Shown here: piece after piece, positions 1 through 12,429 of the stretch
Numbering within the stretch: the stretch's first letter is position 1
Layout of the letters: every line of letters begins with the position of its first letter
NCBI RefSeq assembly: GCF_030144855.1
Contig: NC_082707.1
Coordinates: 135,966,001-136,030,000 of the forward strand
Source of the DNA: Hypanus sabinus
Taxonomy: Eukaryota
Direction of reading: 5' to 3'
DNA length: 64,000 nucleotides
Translations under genes and position numbers: made by a program
The notes under the pieces: model-generated
What the model was told of the DNA's origin: nothing
Database searches by the model: none
What the model saw: only the letters and a program-made list of their open reading frames with translations

Positions 1-154
1 TTTATTTGTATTGACGACGTATATTATCTGTATATTTGCATTGATATTATTTTTGTGTATTTTTACTAATAAATACTGTTAAAAATAGTACCATCAGACT
101 TCAACGGGCCTCTCTATCTTTGCTGGAAAGTGACCCAATTACAGGGTTCGTAAC
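1..154 (+). mobile_element. Possible 3' part of an LTR (Gypsy-like), truncated by the window start
   Basis: AATAAA at ~68 is followed by a U5-like stretch ending ...gggttcgtaaca (LTR-type CA terminus). The 5' end and TSD are not visible. Confidence 0.3.
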
Positions 155-864
155 AATATTGACATCATTGACTATGTAGTTACTTATTTGCTTGAGTGGG
201 ACAATGTGAAGAAAAGATTGTGCAGTGATTTTGTTTACTTGATATCTTCATTGAGCTTTGTAATTATTTTTTCTGTATTTTCTACCCTTCATTTATCTCA
301 TGTTATATCAGTAGGTGGAGTTGATGTGCCATGATATTCATATCTGTAATTGTATCATTTATGCCTTTATGTGGCACTGTGGCATGTATTTTCTATGACA
401 ACTACATCATAGGCAATGTTGTGGTTGAAGGTTTGCTATTTATAAAGTATAAATTAGACATAGATGGTGACAATACATCCTTACTTTAATAAAGAAATCC
501 AGAAGTTGCTGTTGAAAATGATATGCCCACCCTGAAGCATCGTGTTCAAAGGTGAAATAGCAGGTTCATTGTTGCAGTGACCTTTGGACATGGTAAGCTT
601 TATTTATTACCAAGTAATTTCTGCAGTACTGAAAATTAACTTCCCCATCTGTCCTATTGTCCTTTCAGATTTTAATTGTACTGTTTTATTTAATGTAACC
701 TTCTCTATGACAATATTGAAGGCCATTTGAGCAATCAATCAATGCGGGCTCCCAGCAAAAGAGTTGTATTAGACACATTCTCCCTCTTATTTCCCTTTAA
801 TCTTACAACTTATTCTTTGTCACTTGCCTACCAGTTCCAATTATATAGTTTGCTTCAACCTGCA

Positions 865-1010
865 TTAAGGAGTAATTTACAGTAGCCAGTCAATTTAGTA
901 CCATCTCCTTGAACTTGGAAATAAACTGGTGTACCTGACAGGATCCTGTATGGGTGCAAGGAGAAATTGCAAATTCCACACAGACAGCACGAAGATCAGG
1001 GTCAACTTCC
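865..1010 (-). mobile_element. Degenerate tRNA-derived SINE (HE1/V-SINE-like) fragment
   Basis: The reverse complement resembles the central domain of the + strand SINE copies at 51586 and 54892 (ctgtgtggaatttgc...ggtacaccagttt...aattgactggctactgtaaatt). Confidence 0.45.
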
Positions 1011-1199
1011 AGTCACTGGATCTGTGAGGGAGGAGGACCAACTAACGTTCTGTCATGCTGGTTATCCATCTCTCTTAAACCAACCTTTGTTTGTTTCATA
1101 TTCCATACTTCATTTGACATTAGATACTTTGTCTAGTGCTTCCTGCTTCTGTCCCAGTGTCCAGAACCTCCAATCTGAATTGGTTAAGTTCCTTACACT

Positions 1200-1655
1200 G
1201 GAGCACTGTAGTAGAAAAGCAGAATCCATCATTGAGGATGCCCACCATCCAGTCCGTGCTTTCTTTTTGCTGACGGCCACTTGCTGAGGTACAGGAACCT
1301 TAGTTCCCACAATACCAGGCTCGGAAACAGTTATTACCCTTTAACCATCAAGCTGCTGAACTAGAGTGGGTAACTTCACTCACCTGAACACTGAACTGGT
1401 TCCACAACCTGTGGACTCTCTTTCAAGGACTTTTCAACTCATGTTCTCAATACTTATTATTTATTTATTAATATTTTGTTTTTGTCTCTTTTTTTTTTGT
1501 ATTAGCAGAATTCTTTTGCACATTGGTTGGTTGTGCAGCCTAGTGTGCAGTTTTTCATTGATTCCATTGTGTTTATTTGAAAATTAATCTCAGGGTGGTA
1601 TATGGCAACAAGTGTGTACTTTGACAATAAATTCACTTTGAACTTTGAACTTAAA
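1200..1655 (+). mobile_element. Rex1/Babar-type LINE 3' end
   Basis: Remnant 'RKAESIIEDAHHPVRAFFLL' followed by aggtacagg...aacagttattaccc, typical of the Rex1/Babar ORF C-terminus. It ends with aataaa and a ctttgaa tandem tail. Confidence 0.55.
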
Positions 1656-2364
1656 CCTTGCACGTGAGCCTTATATCCTCTAGTGGAGATATGCATTATT
1701 GCCAGCTGTCATGATCTTATAGCTTAAAAGTTTAGCAACTGACATCTCCCACCGACAGGAAAGCCATGATGCATATTTTTACTGTACCTATAAACCTAAT
1801 GGTGTTATGTTGTGTTCAGACAAGCCCTTATTGTGCTTTGGCCTCAGGAGCAGCATTCCCATTAGCAAGCAAGTAGAATTATTCCACTGATTGAAATGCT
1901 TACAGATGTGCTAACTAAGAAGTCTTAACATGAGGCATCCTTTGGCCCATCCTTTATAAAGCCTGGAATATTTAAATGTAGATAGGAAAACACCACTTTC
2001 CTCTTTAAAATGATTAAATGAGACACTTGAAACTTTTTCTCAAGAGGAATGTGTACTGCAGGCACTAATGCTCAACACTGAATTGAATACTGTATTTCAT
2101 TACAGTATTGCGGTCATGCTGTCCTTTCAGAGATGCTCTTTGTTTTTTGAGTGGTCCATTAAGCAAAAGCTATTTTGTTTTCTTCGACCAGGCCGGAACA
2201 TTACTTGGTTCTGAGTTTCCCCTATATAGATAAGTTAGAATCTAGAGCGAAATTGCAAAGCAGGGAGAAATCAATGGAAGTTGTTTACTAGGATTATCTG
2301 AAGGCCTTTCATGTGCCACACATGAGGCTGTGAAACAAGATAAGACCATGAGACATAAGAATAA

Positions 2365-2975
2365 TTTGGAAGGCTTGTGAAGGTAGAGGGCAAAGTGAAT
2401 GCAGCAAATGCAGAGAGGAAAACCTGATGCAGTCGGCAAGAGGACTGTGACTTGGGAGAAGATTTGTTTTCCAGCAAGACAATGACCCCAAGCCTAAAGC
2501 CAAAGCTACACAGGAATAGCTTAAAAACCAGAAAGCTAATGTCCTGGAGTGGCCAAGTCAGAGCCCAGATCTCAATCCAATTGAGAATTTGTGGCTGGGC
2601 TTGAAAAAAGCTGTTCACTCATGATCCCCATGCAATCTGACAGAGCTTGAGTAGTTTTGTAAAGAAGAATGGGGAAAAATTGCAGTGTCCAGATATCCAA
2701 AGCTGATAGGCTCAAGGCTATAGCTGCTGCCAAAGCTGCATTTACTAAATACTGACTTGAAGGGAGTTAATACTTACACAATCAATTATTTTGTTTTTTT
2801 ATATTTTTAATTAATTTAAATCACTTTGTAGATGTCTGCTTTCACTTTGACATTAAAGAGGCTTTTTTCTGTCAATAGTTTTTAAAAAAAGCCAAATTAA
2901 ATCCACTGTGATTCAATGTTGCAAAAAAATGAAACATGAAAATTTCTTGGGGGGGGGTGAATTCTTTTTATAGGT
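2365..2975 (+). mobile_element. Tc1-family DNA transposon, 3' fragment (decayed transposase C-terminus plus right end)
   Basis: The + strand translates to FVFQQDNDPK...[18 protein letters not shown], the DD34E signature of Tc1 transposases, with stops. The ggggtgaattcttttta motif near 2955-2975 resembles a right terminal repeat. Confidence 0.8.
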
Positions 2976-2984
2976 ATTTTTATA

Positions 2985-3400
2985 CTCAGTGACTTGGCCT
3001 CCACAGCTGTCTATGCCAATGAATTCCACAGATTCAGCACCTTCTTGCTGTGCCCTCTGGACTCTCCCTCTAATGGAAACATTCTGTCCACTTCCACGGT
3101 ATCCAGCCTTTCAATATTTGGTAGGTTTCAATGAGATCCTCCCCCCCCCCCCCCCCATTCTTCTGATCTCCAGCAAGCGCAGGTTCCTGCAGGCTCCTCA
3201 TATATTAAGCCTTTCATCTGCAGGATCATTCTTGTACCGCAACCACCCCCCCCCCCCCCGCGGATCTTTTCTGAGATAAGGGGCGCAAAACTGCTCACAA
3301 TACTCCAAGTGTAGTCTGACCAATGCCTTACAAAGCTTCAGCATTACAAGCTTGCTTCTATATTCTGATGCTCACTGAATGAATGCTTTTCTCACCACCG
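2985..3400 (-). mobile_element. CR1 LINE 3' fragment
   Basis: Reverse complement of the CR1 RT C-terminus (aactgctcacaatactccaagtg = HLEYCEQF; gaattccacagattc = NLWNS). Confidence 0.6.
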
Positions 3401-3479
3401 ACTCCGTTCCAGTGTTTGTCCTCCACTGTAAGTTTACACAATTGACACTTCTCCAGCACACCGTTCATTCTTTATTGCC

Positions 3480-3800
3480 TCTTTTATCTATTTCCCTCAG
3501 CTGGCTCCATCATCAGTTTAAAATCCCCTGCTCTGTTACAGATCTTCCCTTTAGTTCTCAAGACATACTTCATTTCTAACTCTCAGTTCTGATGAAACTT
3601 TAAATATCCCGATGCCTAAATAGATTGCAGACGCTGCAATCTGGAACAAAAAAAAAGGACACTGGAAGAAATCAGCGGGCCAAGCAGAACCCCTGAAGCA
3701 CTAGTGTCAGGTCTGGGTCTGAAACATACACTGTCTGCCTCTACAGATGCTGCTCGATCTACTGAGTGCCTCCAGAGATGATGCTGAACGTGCGGAGTTC
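3480..3800. mobile_element. Old Penelope-derived terminal fragments in both orientations
   Basis: tctcagttctgatgaa (3581-3596), then a reverse-oriented terminus (tgcagacgctgcaatctgg...), then a forward terminus (gaaac...tctacagatgctgctcgatctactgagtgcctccag). Both termini resemble the Penelope end at 48330-48425. Confidence 0.45.
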
Positions 3801-5029
3801 CTTCGCTCTTATCACAAATAAACACATCTCACCAGAATCACGGTGTTTTTATGATCTTTGTTTTCCACAGTTTGACTGCTCCATTTCTCCAGTGGCCCTC
3901 CCTTGAAAGAATGGCATTGACTGTGGAATAATCAGAGGCCAAGAAAGCTACTGTGTTTTATTATACACATTCTTTCCTTCACAAGTCTAGTTCAAAGTGC
4001 ACATATAGCAAATGAAATCCTGTAAAATTGTCATGTTAGACTTTGGTTACTGAACGCACCCTGGCTAATGAGAACTAATTGTACATTGAACTGAAATGTC
4101 AGCACTTCCCAAAGTACATTAAGGGATGAATAGGTGCTGACAAGTTCCTTCACATATATTCTTTCTGCTTTGATGAGATTTGCTATGTGTGTATAACTGA
4201 ATTTACTTCACATCGAAAGGTAAGTTCTGATACATTCGTATGTTTCCTGTTAATATCTAGTTTGTTAGAACTAGATTGGAGGACCAGTTTAAAAGAGTAG
4301 GATTTTAAAATAATTGACACTTAATTGTATTTAACAATAGATGATTAAACTGTATACTGTAGATATTTACACACAGAATGCGTACAAAAGCTTAGTATAT
4401 AAAAGTATTTGTACTTAAGTGATTAAATTCACACAACTGAACCAATTATTAGTTCAGGACCGAATGCCTGACTTCTGCCCCTTTGTCTTATGGTCTATTA
4501 GTTGATTAGTGTAGCAGTAGAAACCTTAGAATAAATGAGTTAATAATTACACAGCTTAATAATTTTTACTCTTTGCATATTTCCATTAAATTGATAAATT
4601 ATTTCACTGTAATGATTTCTCTATATTTACTGCCAGTTTCTGTACATCAATGTCAAAAAAATTGATTATTACCTGCCAGTAGCTTGGATAAAGTCTCAAA
4701 GTGAGATATCAATTTGTGCTTATCTTCCAACATTGATGTGGTGATCCATGAAGCCTTTTACATAGGAACTCTTGCCAGAACAAAAGAATCTCATCAGAAT
4801 TGTAGCAATTAATCTGGACTGACAAGTAGCTTCTAGTCTCTGTTTGAAACCATCTGATGGTGAGGCCAAAGCTGTTACCTTTATGTTGCCAACCAGTGTG
4901 CTCCAGTTTGAAGTGATCATGTACACTGGGGCAACAATGTATGGACGGGAAATTGTTTAATCCATATTTTTGACACAAGGTTTATGTAATCTTTTTCTTA
5001 TCTTATTTTTTCCCAAGAATTCAAGCGCA

Positions 5030-5189
5030 ATGTTAGTGATGAATTTGAGGAGCCTTTTCACCATTACCCTTCTGATGTTGTTGAAGTATACCACTTTGAT
5101 AAGCACTGAATCATCAATGGAACTCAGAAATGCAGATCTTTTAGCTTCTAAAGATTATGCTCGTATCATCAATTTGAGTCAGCAAGGCG
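5030..5189 (+). CDS. Fibrinogen-related-domain protein (fibrinogen-like protein 1-like), coding exon 1: signal peptide plus short spacer
   Basis: Acceptor tttttcccaag ends at 5017 and ATG is at 5030. The N-terminus MLVMNLRSLFTITLLMLLKYTTLIST is hydrophobic. Donor G|gtaagt at 5189/5190 (phase 1) joins in frame to the exon at 5534. Confidence 0.8.
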
Positions 5190-5533
5190 GTAAGTCTGAA
5201 TTAGCTTCAGTTTGGATGTTGTGTATGTCCTTGTGAGGCAATAATTATAGTTGTGTGGATCAATTTTTTTTTGTACCTTTACCACAGTAAAATACAATGC
5301 AGCAAGAAAGTAGAGCTATTGGGATGTCAGAATTAGTATTAATATTATGTTAACACAGAATAAACCACAGAAATTGGCATCTGCAAAATAAAGGGCTTGT
5401 TTAATGTGGATTACATGTCTGGCTACTTGTTTCACAAATTGACAATTTTCCTTTTCTTCTAATGCATTTTTGCTAGATGAAAAATGTAAAATTGCTCAAC
5501 TGATTGTTGTACTAATCATTTTGTGTTGTGCAG

Positions 5534-6228
5534 GTTTTCCAAGTGACTGTCATGAGATTTTTCAGCAGTCAGAAAGCAAAGCTGAAGATGGCCTCTATGT
5601 CATTCAGTTAATGAAGGATCTTCTCGTTGTTTACTGTGACATGCACAGTGCAGATGGGGGGTGGACAGTCATCCAGCACATCACTGTTAATAGCTCATTG
5701 GACTTTGACAGAACGTGGCAGGACTACAAGCAAGGATTTGGTTTTATTAATGGTGATCACTGGTTGGGCAATGAGTTAATACATAGAATCACCAGCAGGC
5801 CAAATGAATATAGTTTGGGAATCAAATTAGTCAACATGAATGGAGAGGTGAAGTGGGGAGAATATGACCCATTTCTCATTGAAGGTGAAGAATCCAAATA
5901 TAAAATCAGACTTGGTCTTTATCGTGGAACTGCAACTGATGCTTTGACACAAGATACAGAAGCTTATATTCATGACAACCAAAAATTCACCACAAAAGAC
6001 AGTGATAATGACAACTATTATCGGAATTGTGCCAAACTGGAGCTCAATGGGATACCAGGTGGAGGATGGTGGTATAATGCCTGTGCTGGAGCCAATCTAA
6101 ACAGAAAAAATGTTATTTACTGGCAGAATGATTGCAATAAAGATAACCAGTGCAAGTATGCATGGATGATGGTAAAGCCTAATAACAGGGAAGTCAAATG
6201 CAGCAGTACCTTGCGTGATGAGTTATAA
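5534..6228 (+). CDS. Fibrinogen-related-domain protein, coding exon 2: whole FReD plus C-terminal RDEL
   Basis: Acceptor tgtgcag|G at 5533/5534 is phase-compatible with exon 1. FReD motifs: DCHEI, GLYVI, VYCDM..DGGWTVIQ, FDRTWQDYKQGFG, HWLGNE, FTTKDSDND, NCA, GGWWYNAC..ANLN. Stop at 6226-6228 and AATAAA at 6247-6252. Spliced product is 284 aa. Confidence 0.9.
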
Positions 6229-7848
6229 CTATGGTGCAAAAATTAAAATAAATCTAATAATTCATTTGTAAGTTCAACAATTCATTGATTTTTTTTGAAC
6301 AAGTGCATGTTGTGCTTATTTACCAGAAAGAATGGTAAAAGAAGATGCCCGATGTAATTGAGCAAATTAGATTAGTTACTCGCTCTACAGCATCATACTG
6401 CCTGCATGAGTAAATTTTTATGTGGAAAAGTTTTTAAATACTCTGACATGATTAATATAGTTGTTTTGAAATATGATTGCTTCTGTTTGTGATGTGAGTT
6501 CAAATCTCTTCAGATGGAAGAATGAAAGTCTTTGCATGATAATAATGAAGAGCTTGAAATTAAATAGTGTCATATTCAAAGTTGCAATAGTGCCATTATA
6601 TATCCAATATTGAAATATCCGGGGAAATGACTTTGGGTGAGAGTATATGCTGAATAAATAAACATTACCTGTAGATGAATATAATGAAATATTGATAACG
6701 TTTTGAAAGAGAATATATCCCTTATCAGCAAAAAGTTGCGAAACCCAACTGAAAAATCAAACTTAAGATCCGCACTGACGGTGTGAGGTACAGAAAATGC
6801 AAATTAAAACAAGCAACAGTTTCAAGATGACCTATGTATGATTGCAACAATCCTTTATCCTCTGCACAAATTAATTCTCCTCAAATTTATAAACTGTGCT
6901 AATAATTTAATTATTTCCAGGGCAAATTTTCTTATATGCAATTTAGATATTACTTAAAAGTTTAAAGATCTATTTGTTTATTTTACTCTGTGAATAAAAT
7001 AATTTGGCTATAATACATGTGTGTGATGATTTGGCTAAGATGTATGACACTCTCTGTTCCATCGGCTTGATTGTCACTAAATACTAGCAGTTATGAATGA
7101 AACTGCCAGCATTTGCCTGTTTAAACATCAGTAAGTCCAAAACTTATGTGCATGTATTGTCAAATGTGGATATCTCTACTTGTGTATCTTGAAACGCCAA
7201 CATGTTCCACCTCTCCAGATTAGCCCCATCACCCATTGATGTTAGTGACCATTGGAGGACTACATGGAAAAATAGAAAAGAGAAAGCTTCCTTTTATTTA
7301 ATTATTTGTGGTTTGTTCAATATTTGTAATTATTTAAAATATTTTATATTTGTTGTTTAGTTTTAGTACAAATATACTATGTATATAATTTCCTAAATCA
7401 TTATTCTACTTTAATAGATTTTAAATGTTAATCATGAATATGGAGGACCTCCCTAATTAATTTAATTTTAGCATCTAATTTTTAGTGGATGCAATTTTAT
7501 AAGTTTTATTAAGTTCTCAGGCTATACAAAAGAATAAAATAGATTGGATTCAGCTCCTGATTCTTATTAGTATCTTTCTTGGAAGTGATTGAAGATGTGA
7601 GACCCAGCTCAGATAATTCCAGTGGATGTTTAACTGTGCAAATGTCCGTTTCAGAAGGTTGACTGTCTGGACAAAAAAAATTTATTTATTTTTATCCTGG
7701 TGAGTTGTTTCCATTGAAAGAAAAAGATACCTTACAGAATTGTTCTTTTCTTCGAAGCCTAAATGAATAAAAACTCCATGAATCTTAAACAGGTCTATTT
7801 GTAGGTTTTGTACATATGGCTGTGAATTAGGAGAATGTTATACTTGAC

Positions 7849-7854
7849 TTTATT
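7849..7854 (-). terminator. Candidate polyadenylation signal for CHRM5 (AATAAA on - strand)
   Basis: tttatt on + lies at the end of a long AT-rich stretch that reads like a 3'UTR on the - strand. Other AATAAA candidates exist nearby. Confidence 0.3.
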
Positions 7855-9011
7855 GACAAGATATATGATACATTTGTGGTAAAATATTAAATTGAAACAA
7901 TACGATAATTGTACAAACATATACAAACCTGCACATCTGCAATACCAACGTTTTTGTAACAAAGGCTTTCCATTCAGTTTGCCAAATAGATATAACATTA
8001 TTAGATGTAAATTATGAATCAGGTGTTTAGAAGTTCAGTAATCGGCATACAGGACATGTCAATAGTTAGCATGTAAGCAGACCATAGTCAAGAAATGCCC
8101 TCATGGAGCCTAATTTAAGATTGATAAAGAAAGAATTGTTTAAATTAGAAAGATACAGTTTTACTACTGACACCACAGCTAAGGGCAGATAGTCACAAGA
8201 ACCCAAAATCTGATGATTTTTTTATGCATGTATATAACATACCTCTCAATTAGTAAAAATTATTAAATTTTGCATTGGACATTTCCTCTGGAATTTCAGA
8301 AAACAGTTCGGGAACCTAACATCAAGAAAGTATGCTCAATAAAGCTTTTTGCAAGTAATGTGAATGAATGCCGAAGCTTTATACAGTTCACTAGAATTGA
8401 TAAAATACTTTTGAAGATAATAGCATTGTCAATGCAAATGTTTTTTAACTGTAACGAAAAGCACCGAAACATTCACTACTTTAGCAAAGACCTTGGTTGT
8501 AACAACATTGTTTTGAACAAAAGAAAACTCAAAATTAAAAAAACAAGGTTTTCTGCATTTAATTTTCATTTTGATTTTAAAAACTATTTTGACAAAATTA
8601 CAGGCAGGATGGTCAGTTAATATCTAAATATACTATAGGCACATTTCCATTTTTAATTATTATTGGGTGAATTGATTTGTGCTCATGGAAGTGGAAAATG
8701 GAATTTCTTGTAGTTTTGGATGTAATTTTAATCTATATGACAGAACTCTTATATAGACCAGACCAGGTTTAAAATATAAAATGTTCATGCATCACAACAG
8801 CCCCGACATGGGAAACCATTCTATTGGTGTCAATGCAATCTTTTACACACCCTATACCACTCGTCCTTGCAGCTTCCTCAACAGACAGTGCCATTTAGCA
8901 TAATACATACAGTTCTGCACACTAAACTCAAATTTGGGACTAAGTAGAATCTTAAATATCTCATTTTACTTAAAAGCTAGCATTTTTAAGGTAATTGAGT
9001 TCCTTGTGGAA

Positions 9012-9290
9012 CAGGTGGCATAGTGGTGCCACGGCCTTGCAGGACCAGTGACCAGTGTTCAGTTTCAATGTACACCTTGTATCTGCATATCCTTTTGATA
9101 CCATGGCTCCTAGGTTAATTGGAAACTAAATTGTCACTGGTGGGTAGGTAAGCGGTGGAAGCTGGAGGGAGTTAGTGGTAATATGGAAGAATAAAATGGG
9201 ATCGGTGAAGTGTTAGTGTAAACGTGTGCTTGATGGTCAGTGCAGATATTATAGGCTGAAGGATGTATTTCCATGTTGTGTTGCTCTGTG
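9012..9290 (+). mobile_element. tRNA-derived SINE (HE1/V-SINE-like), degenerate
   Basis: A-box-like head ggtggcatagtgg, the ggttaattgg...aaattg core shared with other copies, and a CR1-like tail (ggctgaaggatgtatttccatgttgt). Confidence 0.5.
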
Positions 9291-10329
9291 GTCTCACTTT
9301 ATGAAATAAAGGTATGGTGTATTTTATGCGTTTGTAGTTTAAAGTAAGATTTTGCTGAATGAGGTTTGCCACTTCATTGTGCCTGTGTAAGTAGTCAGAT
9401 TGAGTTAAACTGCTGTGGGATCCTGTAATGGGTTGGACTGTTTCTGGTTTTTGTATTTATCATACTGAATTTGTTGGCCTCTTGTTAAGTATTTTTGATT
9501 TTGTTGTTGTGCTAACCACCTGGTCCTGTACTGCCACATGGAGCCCCTCTATTTTTGGGAAGAGGTCTCCGACTCTGAGCCATGCGTTCGATTATTATAA
9601 TTCGTAATACAACATTTCAGGGAGTGAAAATTCACTCCGAGCTTCATTTCCTGATCACCATCCAGTAACTCTGTTGAACAGAGACTTCACATGCACAGGT
9701 GGTGAGGTGGCTTAAATCAGCCTTGCATTCACACCTTTCCCCCTTCCAGTACTGCAATGGCCTGCTGATCCTGTCACATTTACAGCTGTAGGATATCAAG
9801 TGCTGTGAAGCCCCACCTGTCAGTAGGTACTGCTTTTAAGGAAGGAAGGAAGGGAAGAGTAGTAAAACAAGTTACCAAAAAAAACAGACACCTCAGTGTA
9901 AATGAAACAACCCTTTCTCTGCACAAGGGATGCATTATGGCATTATTTGACCTATAATTCAGAACCTTAAGCACTGTGATTTGCGTTTGGTGTAATAGTC
10001 TTTTTGAATAGTGAAGTGTTTATCATTGTGACAAGATAGCTTGAGGATTAACAAGGGTATGGTGACCAGTGTCATGTGATTTTCCACAAAAAAATTCAGT
10101 GCCAGCTCTTAGACTTCATTCCATGTGCTTACAGTTAGCGTTTGGTCTGTTCAGTTTCTTTAATCATAAGGAAGAAGTTCTGTCGAGGCTGTTATTTCAA
10201 TTCCGATATTTTGCAAATAAACAGTTATTGAAGAGTAGTCAATAATTAGAGGTGGAACATTGAAAGAACTATGTAATATCCGCTTTAATCTCATATTTTA
10301 AAGATGTAACTTGCTGCTGGCTAGACAAT

Positions 10330-11865
10330 TCACTTTCGCTTCCACTGAAATAGTAACAGCATTTTGAAAGTCGTACGGAAGGTTTTGTTACACAGAGCAT
10401 AGCACATGGGGTTAACTGTGCTGTTAACGTAACAGAGCCAGTATCCCAGATGCCACAGTGACGTTGGGATACAGTATGAGCAGAACGTTGAGACTAATAC
10501 CATGATATTGTACGGTGTCCATGTGATAATGAAAGCCAGTAGAATCGCGCTAAGTGTTTGTGCTGCCTTTTTTTCTTTAATCAAAACCAACCGTTTTCTC
10601 TTGGTGATCTGCAGTCTGAGATTTGGATCCATATTTCTAACATATGGAACTTCTGGTTCAGTGGTTGGGCAGGGTGTTACTTTTATTTCAGTGCAACCAT
10701 TACTTGTGTCTGAGGTGGATGAGGAGCTGCTATTTTTGACAGCTACTTTATTACCTTTGTAAGAGATGTACCTTTTATCCTTCTGTCTTTTCACAGGGGT
10801 CACCAAATAATTTTGATTTTCATAATTATTTATCGCAGGAGGCTCTTCTGAGGACACATTTGTGTCATCCTCTCCAGGGTATTCATCGATCTGATTCTGT
10901 CCTTGAGACGCTGAGGAGGCAGATTTTGGGGTGAGCCTTTCATCGTCTTCTGACATGGGGTAGTTTGCAAAAGAATCTAGGTTGCCACCTTTTAACCATT
11001 CATCTGTAGCATTCTGTATGTGTGTGGATCTTAGAGTCACTGTTGTGCTTCTGTTTGAAGACCACGATACTTGGAATCTTTCCCTGTGTGTGAGCTTGTG
11101 GCCTACACATCCAAAGCAGGATGCTAACAGAGTCCTTTTGGAAACAACTACCTCATCTTCAGGGGCGAGGTTTGATGCTTGCAATTCCGCCAGGTCCTTA
11201 GTGCGTCTTTCGGTCTCTTTATAGATGCGACAATACAATATCGTCATCACTGACACAGGGATGTAGAAAGCAGCTATGGCCGTGCCAAAGGTAATAGTAG
11301 GTACAGATAAAAATTGTATCTGACATTCATTCGAAGGAACCGTTCTTTCTCCAACTAAGTATTGCCAGCATAAAATTGCAGGGGCCCACAAGATAAAGGA
11401 TATTAACCATGCAAGTCCAATCATGATACCAGCCCTTCTGGGAGTACGCTTAGCCCTATAGGTTAATGGCCGTGTGATTGAGAAATACCGGTCGAAGCTT
11501 ATAAGGAGCAAATTCATGACAGAAGCATTACTGGCTACGTAATCCAATGCAAGCCACAAATCGCACGTCAGATTTCCCAGCAACCAGGAGCCAATTAATA
11601 TATAAGAAGCGTAGAGATTCATTGAAAAAATTCCAATGATGAGGTCAGCACAGGCCAAACTTAACAGGAAATAGTTATTCACTGTCTTTAGCTGGCTGTT
11701 CACTTTGAATGAAACAATGACTAAAATATTACCTATTATCGTTACAAGGCTCACAATAGCAGTAATAATGGAAATTGATACTACTTTCAATAGACTCTGT
11801 CCATCCTCTTGATTGGAGCTGTTACCAGTCATGGATCCATTCCTGAAGAGATCTGATTCCATCAT
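10330..11865 (-). CDS. CHRM5: Muscarinic acetylcholine receptor M5 (class A GPCR), single coding exon, 511 aa from the first ATG
   Basis: Motifs [97 protein letters not shown] and [13 protein letters not shown] are M5-type. Position next to AVEN matches known vertebrate synteny. The ORF-track start at 11898 is not an ATG; MMESD starts at 11865. Confidence 0.93.
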   Translation of the reverse strand: MMESDLFRNGSMTGNSSNQEDGQSLLKVVSISIITAIVSLVTIIGNILVIVSFKVNSQLKTVNNYFLLSLACADLIIGIFSMNLYASYILIGSWLLGNLTCDLWLALDYVASNASVMNLLLISFDRYFSITRPLTYRAKRTPRRAGIMIGLAWLISFILWAPAILCWQYLVGERTVPSNECQIQFLSVPTITFGTAIAAFYIPVSVMTILYCRIYKETERRTKDLAELQASNLAPEDEVVVSKRTLLASCFGCVGHKLTHRERFQVSWSSNRSTTVTLRSTHIQNATDEWLKGGNLDSFANYPMSEDDERLTPKSASSASQGQNQIDEYPGEDDTNVSSEEPPAINNYENQNYLVTPVKRQKDKRYISYKGNKVAVKNSSSSSTSDTSNGCTEIKVTPCPTTEPEVPYVRNMDPNLRLQITKRKRLVLIKEKKAAQTLSAILLAFIITWTPYNIMVLVSTFCSYCIPTSLWHLGYWLCYVNSTVNPMCYALCNKTFRTTFKMLLLFQWKRK

Positions 11866-11978
11866 TCTTGAAACTGTCACAATATCCACAATAAGCAAAG
11901 AGCAAAGCTTGCTATTCCAATGATGAAAACTAAGGAGTTGCTTTTGCAGGCGTTCTCCTCCTTTGCTTCTTTGATTCT

Positions 11979-11993
11979 TCTGAGGAAGAAAAC
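11979..11993 (-). promoter_or_regulatory. Splice acceptor of the CHRM5 coding exon
   Basis: The - strand reads gttttcttcctcag|aagaatc about 114 nt upstream of the ATG, as expected for a muscarinic receptor gene with non-coding upstream exons. Confidence 0.55.
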
Positions 11994-12429
11994 ATGTTGT
12001 TACTGATTTTATCTCATTAAGTAACTTGCTTCTTGACCTCCAGAAGTTAACCTGATTTAATTATTCTAAATGACTTGGCTGATTGATGAAAAACAACCAG
12101 GGCAACTCATACAGTTTCAAGTACATCTCAATTGTAAATTTTTGATTCTTCCTAAGATGAAAACTTGAGTTCCTTTTCTTGAAGTAGTCCTTGGTCAGCC
12201 AGTAGTAACTTACTACAGAATGACAATAACATTGGTGAAATAAAACACAGTGTAAAAAGTAACAATTATTTGTAGTATAACTTGTTTCTGAAATATTACT
12301 GTGCCATAGAAGTAACATAAGTAAGCAGGTTCTTCTCATGAGTGGAAAGTGATCTGTACCCATTACCTTTAATTAACGCAAGCTTTATGAATCTGAATTC
12401 CTGCTGAAAGCAGAATCAAGGAATTGAAT

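Noticed and set aside
3141-3259. Poly-C tracts as G-quadruplex or regulatory elements
   Set aside because: They are simple homopolymer expansions inside a decayed CR1 fragment.
5470-5533. ORF-track N-terminus of the FReD protein (hydrophobic, signal-like)
   Set aside because: It has a non-ATG start and is the intronic tract before the acceptor at 5533. The real leader is in exon 5030-5189.
7545-7650. Faint resemblance to an ancient LF-SINE-like core
   Set aside because: Too degenerate to support without an HMM search.
11866-11898. N-terminal extension of CHRM5 given by the ORF track
   Set aside because: It starts at a non-ATG codon. The first ATG (11865) gives an N-terminus of typical M5 length.
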